Source: Candidatus Pacearchaeota archaeon
GTDB taxonomy: Archaea; Nanobdellota; Nanobdellia; Pacearchaeales; GW2011-AR1
NCBI GenBank assembly: GCA_016181895.1
Contig: JACOYL010000009.1
Coordinates: 3,346-67,345, forward strand
DNA: 64,000 nt
Direction of reading: 5' to 3'
Below, one piece after another: positions 9,540 to 17,799 of the stretch (the stretch's first letter is position 1; each line of letters starts with the position of its first letter). The translations under genes and the position numbers were made by a program. A model generated the notes under the pieces. That model ran no database searches. It had not been told where the DNA came from and worked only from the letters and a program-made list of their open reading frames with translations.

Positions 9540-9766
9540 TTTCTTTTTTCCAATTGAAATTCTTCTTTTCTTAATTCATCTTTGAATTTCTGGGCATTTA
9601 TTTTCCAACCTTTCAAAGAACCGAATATCTCTTTTATAGGATTTCCTTTTTCAATTTCCACGGTTATTTCTGTTTCCTTGGTTATGCTTTCTCTTCTCAC
9701 CATTTCTTTGGGCAGGATGATTCCCAGAGAATTCCCCCATTGCTTTGGTTTTGTTATAATTTTCAT
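9512..9766 (-). CDS. AbrB/MazE-type (VapB) antitoxin
   Basis: KQWGNSLGIILPK. Confidence 0.9.
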   Translation of the reverse strand: MKIITKPKQWGNSLGIILPKEMVRRESITKETEITVEIEKGNPIKEIFGSLKGWKINAQKFKDELRKEEFQLEKRKWKHLKRSS

Positions 9767-9818
9767 ATAATGTATAACATATAACTATTTATAAATTTTT
9801 CTAACAACCAAAAATTAA

Positions 9819-10199
9819 TCACTCTTCCCCTGCCTCTTCCGTGGTTTCCTCCTCAACTTCGTCGTCGGGATTTGCAAGTTCCATTATCTCGCCCTCTTTC
9901 ACTATGTCCTCTTCCTCTTCATGTTCCTTTTCCTCGACTTTTTGCTCGCTTGTTTTTTCCTTGACCCTCTTTAATTTTTCTTCCTTTTTTCTTGGCATCG
10001 GTCTTTTCACGGAAATAGGCAAAACTCCCGATTCAAATTCAATCTCCGCAATTTTCAAGGCATCGTATCTTATTTTTTCCATTTCTTCATTGCTTAATTT
10101 TATCAATATCGGCGCGTTCATCGCGATTTGCAAAGCTCTTGCTCCCAAAATCCTTGCGATTTCATATCTCGTGAATTCCTCGTGTTTTTGTTTTTCCAT
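9819..10199 (-). CDS. rpoK: RNA polymerase subunit K (Rpo6) with acidic C-terminal tail
   Basis: FTRYEIARILGARALQIAMNAP. Confidence 0.95.
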   Translation of the reverse strand: MEKQKHEEFTRYEIARILGARALQIAMNAPILIKLSNEEMEKIRYDALKIAEIEFESGVLPISVKRPMPRKKEEKLKRVKEKTSEQKVEEKEHEEEEDIVKEGEIMELANPDDEVEEETTEEAGEE

Positions 10200-10227
10200 T
10201 TTATTGTCTTTATTAAATCAAAAAATA

Positions 10228-11025
10228 TTATTTTAAATCTTTGCTAATTTCTGAAAAGAGTTTTTTCCAGACTTTCTCGCACAAATCAAGTATCTTCTCA
10301 AAATCCTCGACGCTTAATGAGAAATGATCCCCCTTCTGCATCGAGTAAATTGTTCCCTCATGGCTTCCGATTGTCACTCTTGTTTCGCTTATGTCTTCTT
10401 CTTCCTGGCTCGGGTCTATGAGAAAATGGCTTCCGATCTTGTGGATTGTTATTGATAATGGGATTTCCTTTTTTGTCGGAATTTTTTCTTTCGTCCATTC
10501 TCCATAGACGACTTTTCCGGTTTCCTCGTCGTACTTTGGAATTTTGGCGTTTTTCAAGGCGACAACAGCACCGATTCCCGCCGCATCGAGCAAATTCCCG
10601 TCGGCGTTCATTGAATAAATGTCTATGAAGATGTTCCAGACTTTCTCTCCTTCCTTTATGCACAATTTTTCCAAGTCGATGAACTTGCTTTCCCTTACCA
10701 TCCTGTCGATTATTCTTGCAAGTTCTATTGACTCGATGCTTGGGGGTCCCGGCTCGAATCTCTTTGAACTTAATGGAAGCAATTCAGCCGTAACCATGAG
10801 GTTTCCCTTGTCGGGCGAATCTGAATAAGGTTCCGCCAAATCCATTTTCACCCCCACAATGACTTCCGTGTTTCCCAATTTGACGCGCGCGCTTCCCTCG
10901 GCTTTGTTTGAAATCCCTGTTTCTATTTCTATGTTCCTGAATTCGTCGAACTTTCTTCCGTCGAATCTTTTTCCGTGCTCGAGGTATTCCTTTATTCTCT
11001 CTCCTGTTATGTATGGTGTTTCCAT
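10228..11025 (-). CDS. rrp42: Exosome complex component Rrp42
   Basis: RFDGR, AEGSARVKLG, FEPGPP, ELARIIDR, DGNLLDA. Confidence 0.95.
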   Translation of the reverse strand: METPYITGERIKEYLEHGKRFDGRKFDEFRNIEIETGISNKAEGSARVKLGNTEVIVGVKMDLAEPYSDSPDKGNLMVTAELLPLSSKRFEPGPPSIESIELARIIDRMVRESKFIDLEKLCIKEGEKVWNIFIDIYSMNADGNLLDAAGIGAVVALKNAKIPKYDEETGKVVYGEWTKEKIPTKKEIPLSITIHKIGSHFLIDPSQEEEDISETRVTIGSHEGTIYSMQKGDHFSLSVEDFEKILDLCEKVWKKLFSEISKDLK

Positions 11026-11201
11026 TATACAAATCTCTCCTGACTTTGTTCTGTTTCAAAATTTCTGTATTTATTTTGCCTTATATTTCTTAATTTTGAT
11101 TGAAATTTCCTTAGCATTTCTATGTCCCCATCTTCAGCAGATAATTCTAACATTAATTTGTAATAATTTTCTCTCCTGCTTGGCAAATATTCTTTATCCA
11201 T
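11025..11201 (-). CDS. 58-aa hypothetical protein (inserted ORFan, below ORF-track cutoff)
   Basis: MDKEYLPSRRENYY...SQERFV*; stop overlaps the rrp42 start (TAATG); preceded by GGAGG. Confidence 0.6.
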   Translation of the reverse strand: MDKEYLPSRRENYYKLMLELSAEDGDIEMLRKFQSKLRNIRQNKYRNFETEQSQERFV

Positions 11202-11202
11202 T

Positions 11203-11910
11203 TTATTTTTCCTCCAAACTTTCCTTCAAGGCTTTTTTCTGGATTTCATAAATTTCCTTGCAGGCTTTTCTTGCCATTTTAATTGCTTCTTTCAATTGCT
11301 TTGTCTCGATTTTTCCGTCAAGCTGAATGTGCGTGATTCTTCCGTCAGATGTCATCGTTATCGGAATGTCTGTGGCTCCTTCTCCCTCTTCCCAGTCTTC
11401 CTCGTCTTTTGCAACGTCGACGACAAGTTGCTTGTCGAGTTTTCCTATTGAAACGCTTGAAACAATGTCTCTCATAGGAATTCCCGCGTGCGCAAGAGCC
11501 AAAGCTGCCGCGTTTATTCCCGCGCATCTTGTCGATGCGTTTGCCTGAATGATGCTCACGTAAACATCAATCACTGTTCCAGGAAACCTGTCTGTCATAA
11601 CAACAGGCTCGAGAGCCCATTCTGAAATCTTGCTTATTTCCATGCTTCTTCTGCTTGGTCCTGGGCGAATTCTTTCTGAAACAGAGAAACTTATCATGTT
11701 GTAATTGTATCTCAATGTTCCCTTTGCGACATTTTGCAGGTGCGCGGGGTGCATTTTCTTGGGTCCGTAGACGGCGGCGATTGCTATAGTGTCGCCGAAT
11801 GAAAACATCGCGCTGCCGTCGGCGTTTCCTATGATTCCAACTTTCGCGGTTATCTTTCTTGTCTCGTCGATTTTTCTTCCGTCGGGGCGTTTGAAATCTT
11901 TTTCTTTCAT
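11203..11910 (-). CDS. rrp41: Exosome complex exonuclease Rrp41
   Basis: RPDGR, ADGSA, AVYGP, PGPSRRS.EISK. Confidence 0.95.
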   Translation of the reverse strand: MKEKDFKRPDGRKIDETRKITAKVGIIGNADGSAMFSFGDTIAIAAVYGPKKMHPAHLQNVAKGTLRYNYNMISFSVSERIRPGPSRRSMEISKISEWALEPVVMTDRFPGTVIDVYVSIIQANASTRCAGINAAALALAHAGIPMRDIVSSVSIGKLDKQLVVDVAKDEEDWEEGEGATDIPITMTSDGRITHIQLDGKIETKQLKEAIKMARKACKEIYEIQKKALKESLEEK

Positions 11911-11911
11911 T

Positions 11912-12244
11912 TTAATCGTAAACCCTCCTTTGTTTATCTTTCAACGTAAAATAAAGTTGCGCCACGTCTTCTTGGCTAAGTCTAGATACTTGGTTAATTT
12001 CATTTAATCTCCTCTGATTAACACTTTTCTTTTTATCGTATTTTAACAAAGGAAAGATTTGTTCACTATTTCTTTTCAAATCTTCAACATGATTCATAAA
12101 CCACGCGGCTGCAACCCCAGCATTTTCTATTACTGTCCCGCCAATAAGTTCTCCACTCGGCCCTTCATCAATCAACATTAGCGTATAACCACTTGAAGGA
12201 AATAAGTAATCTCCAACTCTTGATAACATTTTTCTAAGACTCAT
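11912..12244 (-). CDS. Hypothetical protein (inserted ORFan)
   Basis: Start taken at ATG 12244 to avoid a 100-bp overlap; 1-nt spacers on both sides. Confidence 0.55.
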   Translation of the reverse strand: MSLRKMLSRVGDYLFPSSGYTLMLIDEGPSGELIGGTVIENAGVAAAWFMNHVEDLKRNSEQIFPLLKYDKKKSVNQRRLNEINQVSRLSQEDVAQLYFTLKDKQRRVYD

Positions 12245-12245
12245 T

Positions 12246-12467
12246 TTATTTTTTTGCCTCTGTTTTAATTTCAATTTCAAGTCCTCCGACAATAACTCTA
12301 TCTGGAGATGCTCGGGATATTCTCTCCATATGTCTCTTATAAACATTTCTTATCCCAGTATAATATTTCTTGAATGATGGAGATAATACCTCTTCTATTA
12401 ATTGGTCATTAGTTTCCAAATTTGTTGCATTAACTCTTCCATCTTCATACTCCAATCTTATTTTCAT
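12246..12467 (-). CDS. Hypothetical protein (inserted ORFan)
   Basis: ATGA overlap with the rrp4 stop. Confidence 0.55.
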   Translation of the reverse strand: MKIRLEYEDGRVNATNLETNDQLIEEVLSPSFKKYYTGIRNVYKRHMERISRASPDRVIVGGLEIEIKTEAKK

Positions 12468-13129
12468 TTCCCCCTCCGATTTTTCTCAAACCATTTTTTT
12501 ACTTCTTCCGTCAATCCCTCGACAAATGATTTCTCGACGATGTGCAAAATCGCCTTCTTCGCGAACAATTCGTCCTCGACATTGTTTCCCTGAATCCATA
12601 TGATTCCGTTTTGTCCGACGGTTATGTTGCACCTTGTTTCGTCCTTAATCATGCTTATCATGCTCCCCTCTTTTCCGATAACACGGGGAACCTTGTTTGA
12701 ATTTACCTCCATCGTGATTCCCTTTTCTATTTTTCCCAAGCCGTGCATCTTCGTCGTCAAGTCAATTCCCCTTTTTGTTATTTCGTTTATTTTCGCGACA
12801 ACCATGTCTCCCAAGTCGAGAAATTCATCCAGCCCGTTTTTGTTCACGAATCTCGGAGTTTCCATCAAAGGAAGAAAAGAGGTTTCGGGAGTTCCGATGT
12901 CTATAACCCAGCCGTTGAATGTGATGTTCTCGACTTTTCCTATCACAAGATTTCCTCTTCGCGGAATGTAAACTCCCGACAAAGGAATTACTTTCACGAG
13001 TTTGTTTGCTTCCTCCGCAAGCCCGTATTTTATCGCGACTATGTCATTTCCTCTTTTTTCCGTTCCGTCTCCCGGAAGATAACTTTCTCCGCTCACTATG
13101 ACTTCGCCGGGAATTATCACTTTTCTCAT
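12464..13129 (-). CDS. rrp4: Exosome RNA-binding protein Rrp4
   Basis: S1 + KH domains; KVPRVIGKEGSMI, GQNGIIW. Confidence 0.95.
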   Translation of the reverse strand: MRKVIIPGEVIVSGESYLPGDGTEKRGNDIVAIKYGLAEEANKLVKVIPLSGVYIPRRGNLVIGKVENITFNGWVIDIGTPETSFLPLMETPRFVNKNGLDEFLDLGDMVVAKINEITKRGIDLTTKMHGLGKIEKGITMEVNSNKVPRVIGKEGSMISMIKDETRCNITVGQNGIIWIQGNNVEDELFAKKAILHIVEKSFVEGLTEEVKKWFEKNRRGK

Positions 13130-13401
13130 TTTTGTTTTAATTTAACTCCAAATTTACTCTGCATGAATTCAGCATATTTTTCAATCGTTTCTCTTTCTCC
13201 TGAAAGTTCAACTTCTGCCTGCTTCCCGGAGTCATCAAAAGCATTTCTTACAGCCATTCTTATTCCCCTATATCTTAAATTATAACTTCTTGTATCCTTT
13301 TCAAGTTCTACACAATTTTTGTAAAATTTGTATGTTTTGGCATCAAAAACAAACACTGACAAGGGCGCATCATTCTTGAAAACTAAATATTCAATCTTCA
13401 T
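13126..13401 (-). CDS. Hypothetical protein (inserted ORFan)
   Basis: ATGA overlap with the rrp4 start; start taken at MKIEYL. Confidence 0.55.
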   Translation of the reverse strand: MKIEYLVFKNDAPLSVFVFDAKTYKFYKNCVELEKDTRSYNLRYRGIRMAVRNAFDDSGKQAEVELSGERETIEKYAEFMQSKFGVKLKQK

Positions 13402-13402
13402 C

Positions 13403-13624
13403 TTATGCCGCTTTTTCCAAAAATTTATTTTGATAACTTTCGCAATTAAAATTGCATCTTCCGGCAAACATTTGCTTATAATAACTGCACCAACTCTTGT
13501 TATTAGTGGGAATTTCGCTATTAATACAAGATTTATATGCGGGAATATTTCTTAATTTTTCAGTTAATCTTTCTGTTTGAGTTTGTGAACTTTCTATTAC
13601 TATTTGTAAACTCTTTAAGCTCAT
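13403..13624 (-). CDS. Hypothetical Cys-containing protein (inserted ORFan)
   Basis: ATGA overlap with the SBDS stop. Confidence 0.5.
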   Translation of the reverse strand: MSLKSLQIVIESSQTQTERLTEKLRNIPAYKSCINSEIPTNNKSWCSYYKQMFAGRCNFNCESYQNKFLEKAA

Positions 13625-14292
13625 TCTTTCATCTCCTCCGTCAAAATCGCGCCGTGCGTCGCTGAATTTAATTTGTCGTAAAAATCAATTATAAATCCCG
13701 CCGGAATGCTGGCTATGATTTCCAAGTCGCCGTTTGAAAGCCAGTTTTCCTCTTCCTTATACTGATTGACAAGCCCGTAGGCTTTTCCGGTATGAATCGC
13801 TGGAATCGTGATTTTGACTTTCTTCGTTTCTATTTTTATGGGAAGGATCTTGCTTATCTCTGAAATTATCTCTTGAATTTGATTTTCAATTGCGACGTTT
13901 TTGATATTCACATGAGATTGTTCAAGCGCCGATTTAATTCTCTCTGGAGTGTGCGGCATTCTCGTTTGCGGATTAATCGCGTTTCTAGAAAGGAAATCAA
14001 CAACCTGTTTTATTCTCTTTTCCTTTTCTTCTTCCCTGAAATCTTGGGTTAGAAGTATCTCTCCGCTTTTCACGATTTTCTGCGCGATTTCATAAATGTC
14101 GTCTGTTCCGAAAGAATTTTTCAAATCAGATTCCTTCGCGGTGAATCCTTTTTTGCTGTCGGAAAAAATCTTGTCGATTTCCAGAAAATCGCTTCCTTTT
14201 CCCGTTTTCTTGAAATTTATCGCCTTTTCCAAGTCAACGAGAATTTCAAAATGTTTTCCAGACTGTTTTATTCTTGCGGTTGTTTGCGTCAT
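13621..14292 (-). CDS. Ribosome maturation factor SBDS/Sdo1
   Basis: GKHFEILVD, IFSDSKKG, GEILLT, INPQTRMPHTPERI. Confidence 0.95.
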   Translation of the reverse strand: MTQTTARIKQSGKHFEILVDLEKAINFKKTGKGSDFLEIDKIFSDSKKGFTAKESDLKNSFGTDDIYEIAQKIVKSGEILLTQDFREEEKEKRIKQVVDFLSRNAINPQTRMPHTPERIKSALEQSHVNIKNVAIENQIQEIISEISKILPIKIETKKVKITIPAIHTGKAYGLVNQYKEEENWLSNGDLEIIASIPAGFIIDFYDKLNSATHGAILTEEMKE

Positions 14293-14528
14293 TTTGAATC
14301 TTCCCCTGAAAAAACAGCTTCTAATTTAACTAAATTTTTCCCTGCTCTGCTAAACATTATATTATTAAATACGGGATAAATACTTTCTATTTCTTGTCTA
14401 ATTTTTATAGGTAATTTTTCTCTTGCTTCTAAATCTAGGGTTTCTCCATTATGAGTTAAAAAAAATTCTGTTCTGTTACCATATTCTCGAGGTTTTATTT
14501 CTACTCTTAATATATATTCATTTCCCAT
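14289..14528 (-). CDS. Hypothetical protein (inserted ORFan)
   Basis: Fills the psmA-SBDS gap; ATGA overlap with SBDS. Confidence 0.55.
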   Translation of the reverse strand: MGNEYILRVEIKPREYGNRTEFFLTHNGETLDLEAREKLPIKIRQEIESIYPVFNNIMFSRAGKNLVKLEAVFSGEDSK

Positions 14529-14529
14529 A

Positions 14530-15252
14530 TTACTTTGCAAAATTCTTTAATTCGTTTCCCTCGAGTCTTGTGATTTTTCCCTTATCATCGATGTAAACAA
14601 CCTCGAATTTCTCGATGTTGAATTTCGTGCCTTGAATTTCCTTGAAAACATCAAGAACTGTTTTGACGCCTTTCTTTATCGTCAAGTCGTGCTTGTAAAC
14701 TTCCCTCAGCTTTTCCTTTATTTTGTCGTCGTTTTCCCCGATTGCGTTCGCGTGATACGAGAAATAATTTCCGGAGACATTGCTTACGTACAACTCCGGT
14801 TTCTTTCCGTTCATTCCCGCGAGCATGAAGAAAACCCCGAAAGGCCTTGCGCCCCCGTATTGCGTGAATTGCTGTTTTATGTTCGCGATTTCCTTTATGA
14901 CAAGTTCCGGTTCTATGGGAGAATCGTAAGTCACCCTGTGTTGTTGCGAAATTACCTGCGCCCTTTCAACAAGAACTCTCGCGTCCGCGACAACGCCTGC
15001 TGCTGAGGCAATTATGTGCGAATCGATTTCGTAAACTTTGTTCGCGGATTTTGAAACAATCAATTTGTCGTCTATTCTCTTGTCCGCAAGAATGAAAACT
15101 CCGTCTGTGCAAGCCATGCCGACGCTGGAACTTCCCCACTTTGTCGCCTTTTCCGCATATTCAACCTGAATTATCGTTCCTTCGGGAGAAAACATCGTGG
15201 CAGTCCTGTCATAGCCCATTGCCTGATGCTGCATATCCATAGGTAAATCCAT
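14530..15252 (-). CDS. psmA: Proteasome subunit alpha
   Basis: GYDRTATMFSPEG...QVEYA, TQYGGARPFGV. Confidence 0.97.
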   Translation of the reverse strand: MDLPMDMQHQAMGYDRTATMFSPEGTIIQVEYAEKATKWGSSSVGMACTDGVFILADKRIDDKLIVSKSANKVYEIDSHIIASAAGVVADARVLVERAQVISQQHRVTYDSPIEPELVIKEIANIKQQFTQYGGARPFGVFFMLAGMNGKKPELYVSNVSGNYFSYHANAIGENDDKIKEKLREVYKHDLTIKKGVKTVLDVFKEIQGTKFNIEKFEVVYIDDKGKITRLEGNELKNFAK

Positions 15253-15303
15253 TATAAAAAATTCCTATTTTTTATTTTGACTTCTGTCATTATGCAACCT
15301 CCT

Positions 15304-15358
15304 GTTGCGATGCTTTGTTTCTCCCCGATGCGTATGGGAATCGCAATGCTAATCGCTT
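15304..15358. repeat. Fragment related to the MITE internal palindrome
   Basis: GTTGCGATGC, CGATGCGTATG and TAATCGCTTT motifs shared with 32704-32780 and 42911-42935. Confidence 0.5.
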
Positions 15359-15523
15359 TGTATGCTTGAAAAATTTATTTTTCATTTTCTAATTTCAGAG
15401 AAATTTATAATGTGTAAATTTCCTTTTCTTTCTCCGTACAAAAAACATAGAAATGGGGAATTTAAAAGGTTTTTGGTGTGTCCTTACACAAATTATTATA
15501 AATAATAATTTCTGTTTGCTTCA

Positions 15524-16384
15524 ATGAAAATTGGTGTTGTCGGAGTCGGGATTGTTGGCGGGGCTACTGCGGAAGTCCTAAAAAATGTCCATGAATTATT
15601 CTTATATGATAGATTCAAGCAGGAACACAATTCTCCGGAAAACTTGCGCAATCTTGTTAAAAATTCCGATGTGATATTCATTTGCGTTCCTACGCCGATG
15701 AAAATTACGGGAGAGATAGACTATTCAGACATACATAATTCAATGGACCAATTGATTGAAGAATTGATTAAAATAGGAAGAAACCCGCAAGACATTCTTA
15801 TTGTAATAAGGTCAACCGCGGTTTCCGGAGCCACGGACAAATTGGCATATAAATATCCGTTTAGATTTGCGTTTAATCCGGAGTTTTTGAGGGAAAAACA
15901 TGCCTTTGACGACATGAAAAATACTGACAGGATTGTAATCGGCGCCAATGATGAAAGAAGCACAAATCAATTGCGTGACATTTACAAACCGCTTTTTCCA
16001 AACGCCAAATATTCAACAGTAACGAGAAAAGAAGCCGAAATGATAAAATATGCCGCAAATGTCGTCCTTGCCTCTCAAGTTACAGTCGCAAATGAAATAT
16101 TTCAAATCTGCAAGGCGGTCGGCGTGGATTATGATATTGTAAAGAATGCAATTTTGCTTGACAAAAGAATTGGAAGCAACATAGAAGTTCCAGGTCCCGA
16201 CGGCGATTTTGGATTCGGCGGCAAATGTTTTCCAAAGGACTTGAAAGCATTGATAAGACTTGCGCAAGAACACGAGTATGACCCCTATCTTCTTCAGGAA
16301 ATATGGAGAACAAATGAAAGAATCAGAAAGAACAAAGATTGGCTGAAAATCAAGGGGGCAACTTCAAAAAATAATTATTTGTGA
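15524..16384 (+). CDS. UDP-glucose/GDP-mannose dehydrogenase family protein (short form)
   Basis: GxGxxG, ICVPTP, RST, NPEFLRE, GFGGKCFPKD. Confidence 0.9.
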   Translation: MKIGVVGVGIVGGATAEVLKNVHELFLYDRFKQEHNSPENLRNLVKNSDVIFICVPTPMKITGEIDYSDIHNSMDQLIEELIKIGRNPQDILIVIRSTAVSGATDKLAYKYPFRFAFNPEFLREKHAFDDMKNTDRIVIGANDERSTNQLRDIYKPLFPNAKYSTVTRKEAEMIKYAANVVLASQVTVANEIFQICKAVGVDYDIVKNAILLDKRIGSNIEVPGPDGDFGFGGKCFPKDLKALIRLAQEHEYDPYLLQEIWRTNERIRKNKDWLKIKGATSKNNYL

Positions 16385-16385
16385 C

Positions 16386-16420
16386 TTCCCCTCAATCCCT
16401 TCAACGTCCCGCTGACTTTC
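16386..16420. repeat. Duplicate of the pop5 3' end (att-like direct repeat)
   Basis: CTCAATCCCTTCAACGTCCCGCTGACTTTC, 30 bp identical at 16391-16420 and 17118-17147 (34/35 when extended). Confidence 0.9.
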
Positions 16421-16483
16421 CATGAAGGTGATGTGCCCTGATTTCTTTTCGCGGATTTTGTTTTAATTCATATAGATATTTTG

Positions 16484-16819
16484 TTATATTAACTTAGAAA
16501 ATTCTTCTTTTACTTTTGATAAAGTTATTTTATTTACTTTAGCAATTCTCTTGTTGATAATGCTTTTATTCAGAGTAAATAATTTGTCAATCTTAATCCT
16601 GCTTTTTGCAGGTATTCTGCCATTTTTCAAATCACTATTATCAATTAAAACAGAATATTTTGCGTCTTTCAAATTTGAAGTAATTCCGCAAGTAATAACG
16701 TCATCAGATGTCTTATTGGCAATATCCTTGGACAATATTAAAACAGGTCTTTGTTTTATGTTGCTTAAATCAGAAAAAGGGAAGGGCACAACAACAATTT
16801 CTCCTTGTTCATACATCAT
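16484..16819 (-). CDS. PemK/MazF family toxin
   Basis: GEIVVVPFPFSD...KQRPVLILS, ITSN. Confidence 0.9.
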   Translation of the reverse strand: MMYEQGEIVVVPFPFSDLSNIKQRPVLILSKDIANKTSDDVITCGITSNLKDAKYSVLIDNSDLKNGRIPAKSRIKIDKLFTLNKSIINKRIAKVNKITLSKVKEEFSKLI

Positions 16820-17042
16820 TCCATATTTCATCGTATTTATTATTCCATAATTTCTTGGCTACTTTCTCAGAATGTTTTAACAAATCAGAGAAATCTTCTT
16901 TCCTAAGCTTTTTAATTACAATGGAATTATCGCTCTGTGTTATGATAAGTTCATCTCCCTGTTCAATATTTAAGATTTCCCGAATTTTAATAGGTAACGA
17001 AATCTGCCCTTTATCTGTAACTTTGATAATTTTAGTTTCCAT
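16809..17042 (-). CDS. AbrB/MazE family antitoxin
   Basis: VTDKGQISLP..IRE.L.I..GD.L. Confidence 0.9.
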   Translation of the reverse strand: METKIIKVTDKGQISLPIKIREILNIEQGDELIITQSDNSIVIKKLRKEDFSDLLKHSEKVAKKLWNNKYDEIWNDV

Positions 17043-17044
17043 AA

Positions 17045-17068
17045 ATAAGTAAGAATTTCCTTACTTAT
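17045..17068. promoter_or_regulatory. Putative antitoxin operator
   Basis: ATAAGTAAG-N6-CTTACTTAT perfect inverted repeat between a TATA-like box and ATG 17042. Confidence 0.7.
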
Positions 17069-17107
17069 AAATTTTTCTGTCTTGAGATTAAAACTTTAAT
17101 TATATAA

Positions 17108-17386
17108 TCATTTTCCTCTCAATCCCTTCAACGTCCCGCTGACTTTCTTCACTTCAATTTTCTCGGGAAAAACAGCCAGCGACGCGCGGACTTCATTAAT
17201 CACTTCTCTGTTGATGCAAATAATCGCGCTTTCATTTTCAGTCTTGATGAAACTCAATCCTGATTTTGACATCCCTAAAATCCCAAGAAAATCAAGAATT
17301 GCTTTTTCAATATTTTCTCTTAAGTTTTTCCCAATAACAAGAAGATATCTTTTATTCTCACGCATTGTCGGTTTCAGGGTTTTCAT
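17108..17386 (-). CDS. rnp2: RNase P protein Pop5/Rpp14
   Basis: LKPTMRENKRYL...VSGTLKGL; usual position upstream of psmA. Confidence 0.85.
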   Translation of the reverse strand: MKTLKPTMRENKRYLLVIGKNLRENIEKAILDFLGILGMSKSGLSFIKTENESAIICINREVINEVRASLAVFPEKIEVKKVSGTLKGLRGK

Positions 17387-17416
17387 GAATAAAACAAGAA
17401 AAAAGAGTTATTAAAA

Positions 17417-17731
17417 TTATCTTGTATTTCTATTCCTATAATGTATGCATATCTTATATCTTTCATCACCATCGTCATCCATACAATACAAGCTTAATTC
17501 CATCGGAGATTGCTTAGCGGATATGACTGAATTTAACGGCTCAATTTTTAATTCGGCATCTTCCGCGAGAATTCCACAATAATAAAATGAATCTCCCGCC
17601 TTTCTCAAATGAGGACATTTTACTTTTACCTCCTCTTCAAGTTTTTTCGTCAAGGCTTTTTCTTTTTCCGTCACCAAATCATCAACAGTTCTTATATCAT
17701 CCCATGTGTTCCACAATAACATAAAAATCAT
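17417..17731 (-). CDS. Hypothetical Cys-containing protein
   Basis: CPHL...YYCG...YC...ICIHY; start uncertain. Confidence 0.55.
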   Translation of the reverse strand: MIFMLLWNTWDDIRTVDDLVTEKEKALTKKLEEEVKVKCPHLRKAGDSFYYCGILAEDAELKIEPLNSVISAKQSPMELSLYCMDDDGDERYKICIHYRNRNTR

Positions 17732-17799
17732 TGCAGGATTTTATTTATAAAAATTATTGTAGTATAAACTTTTAAACCACTTTCGCCTTTTTCATAGAG

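Noticed and set aside
11025..14528. Classical integron or attC explanation for the inserts
   Set aside because: Junctions have 0-1 nt of spacer, leaving no room for attC sites, and no integrase is in the window.
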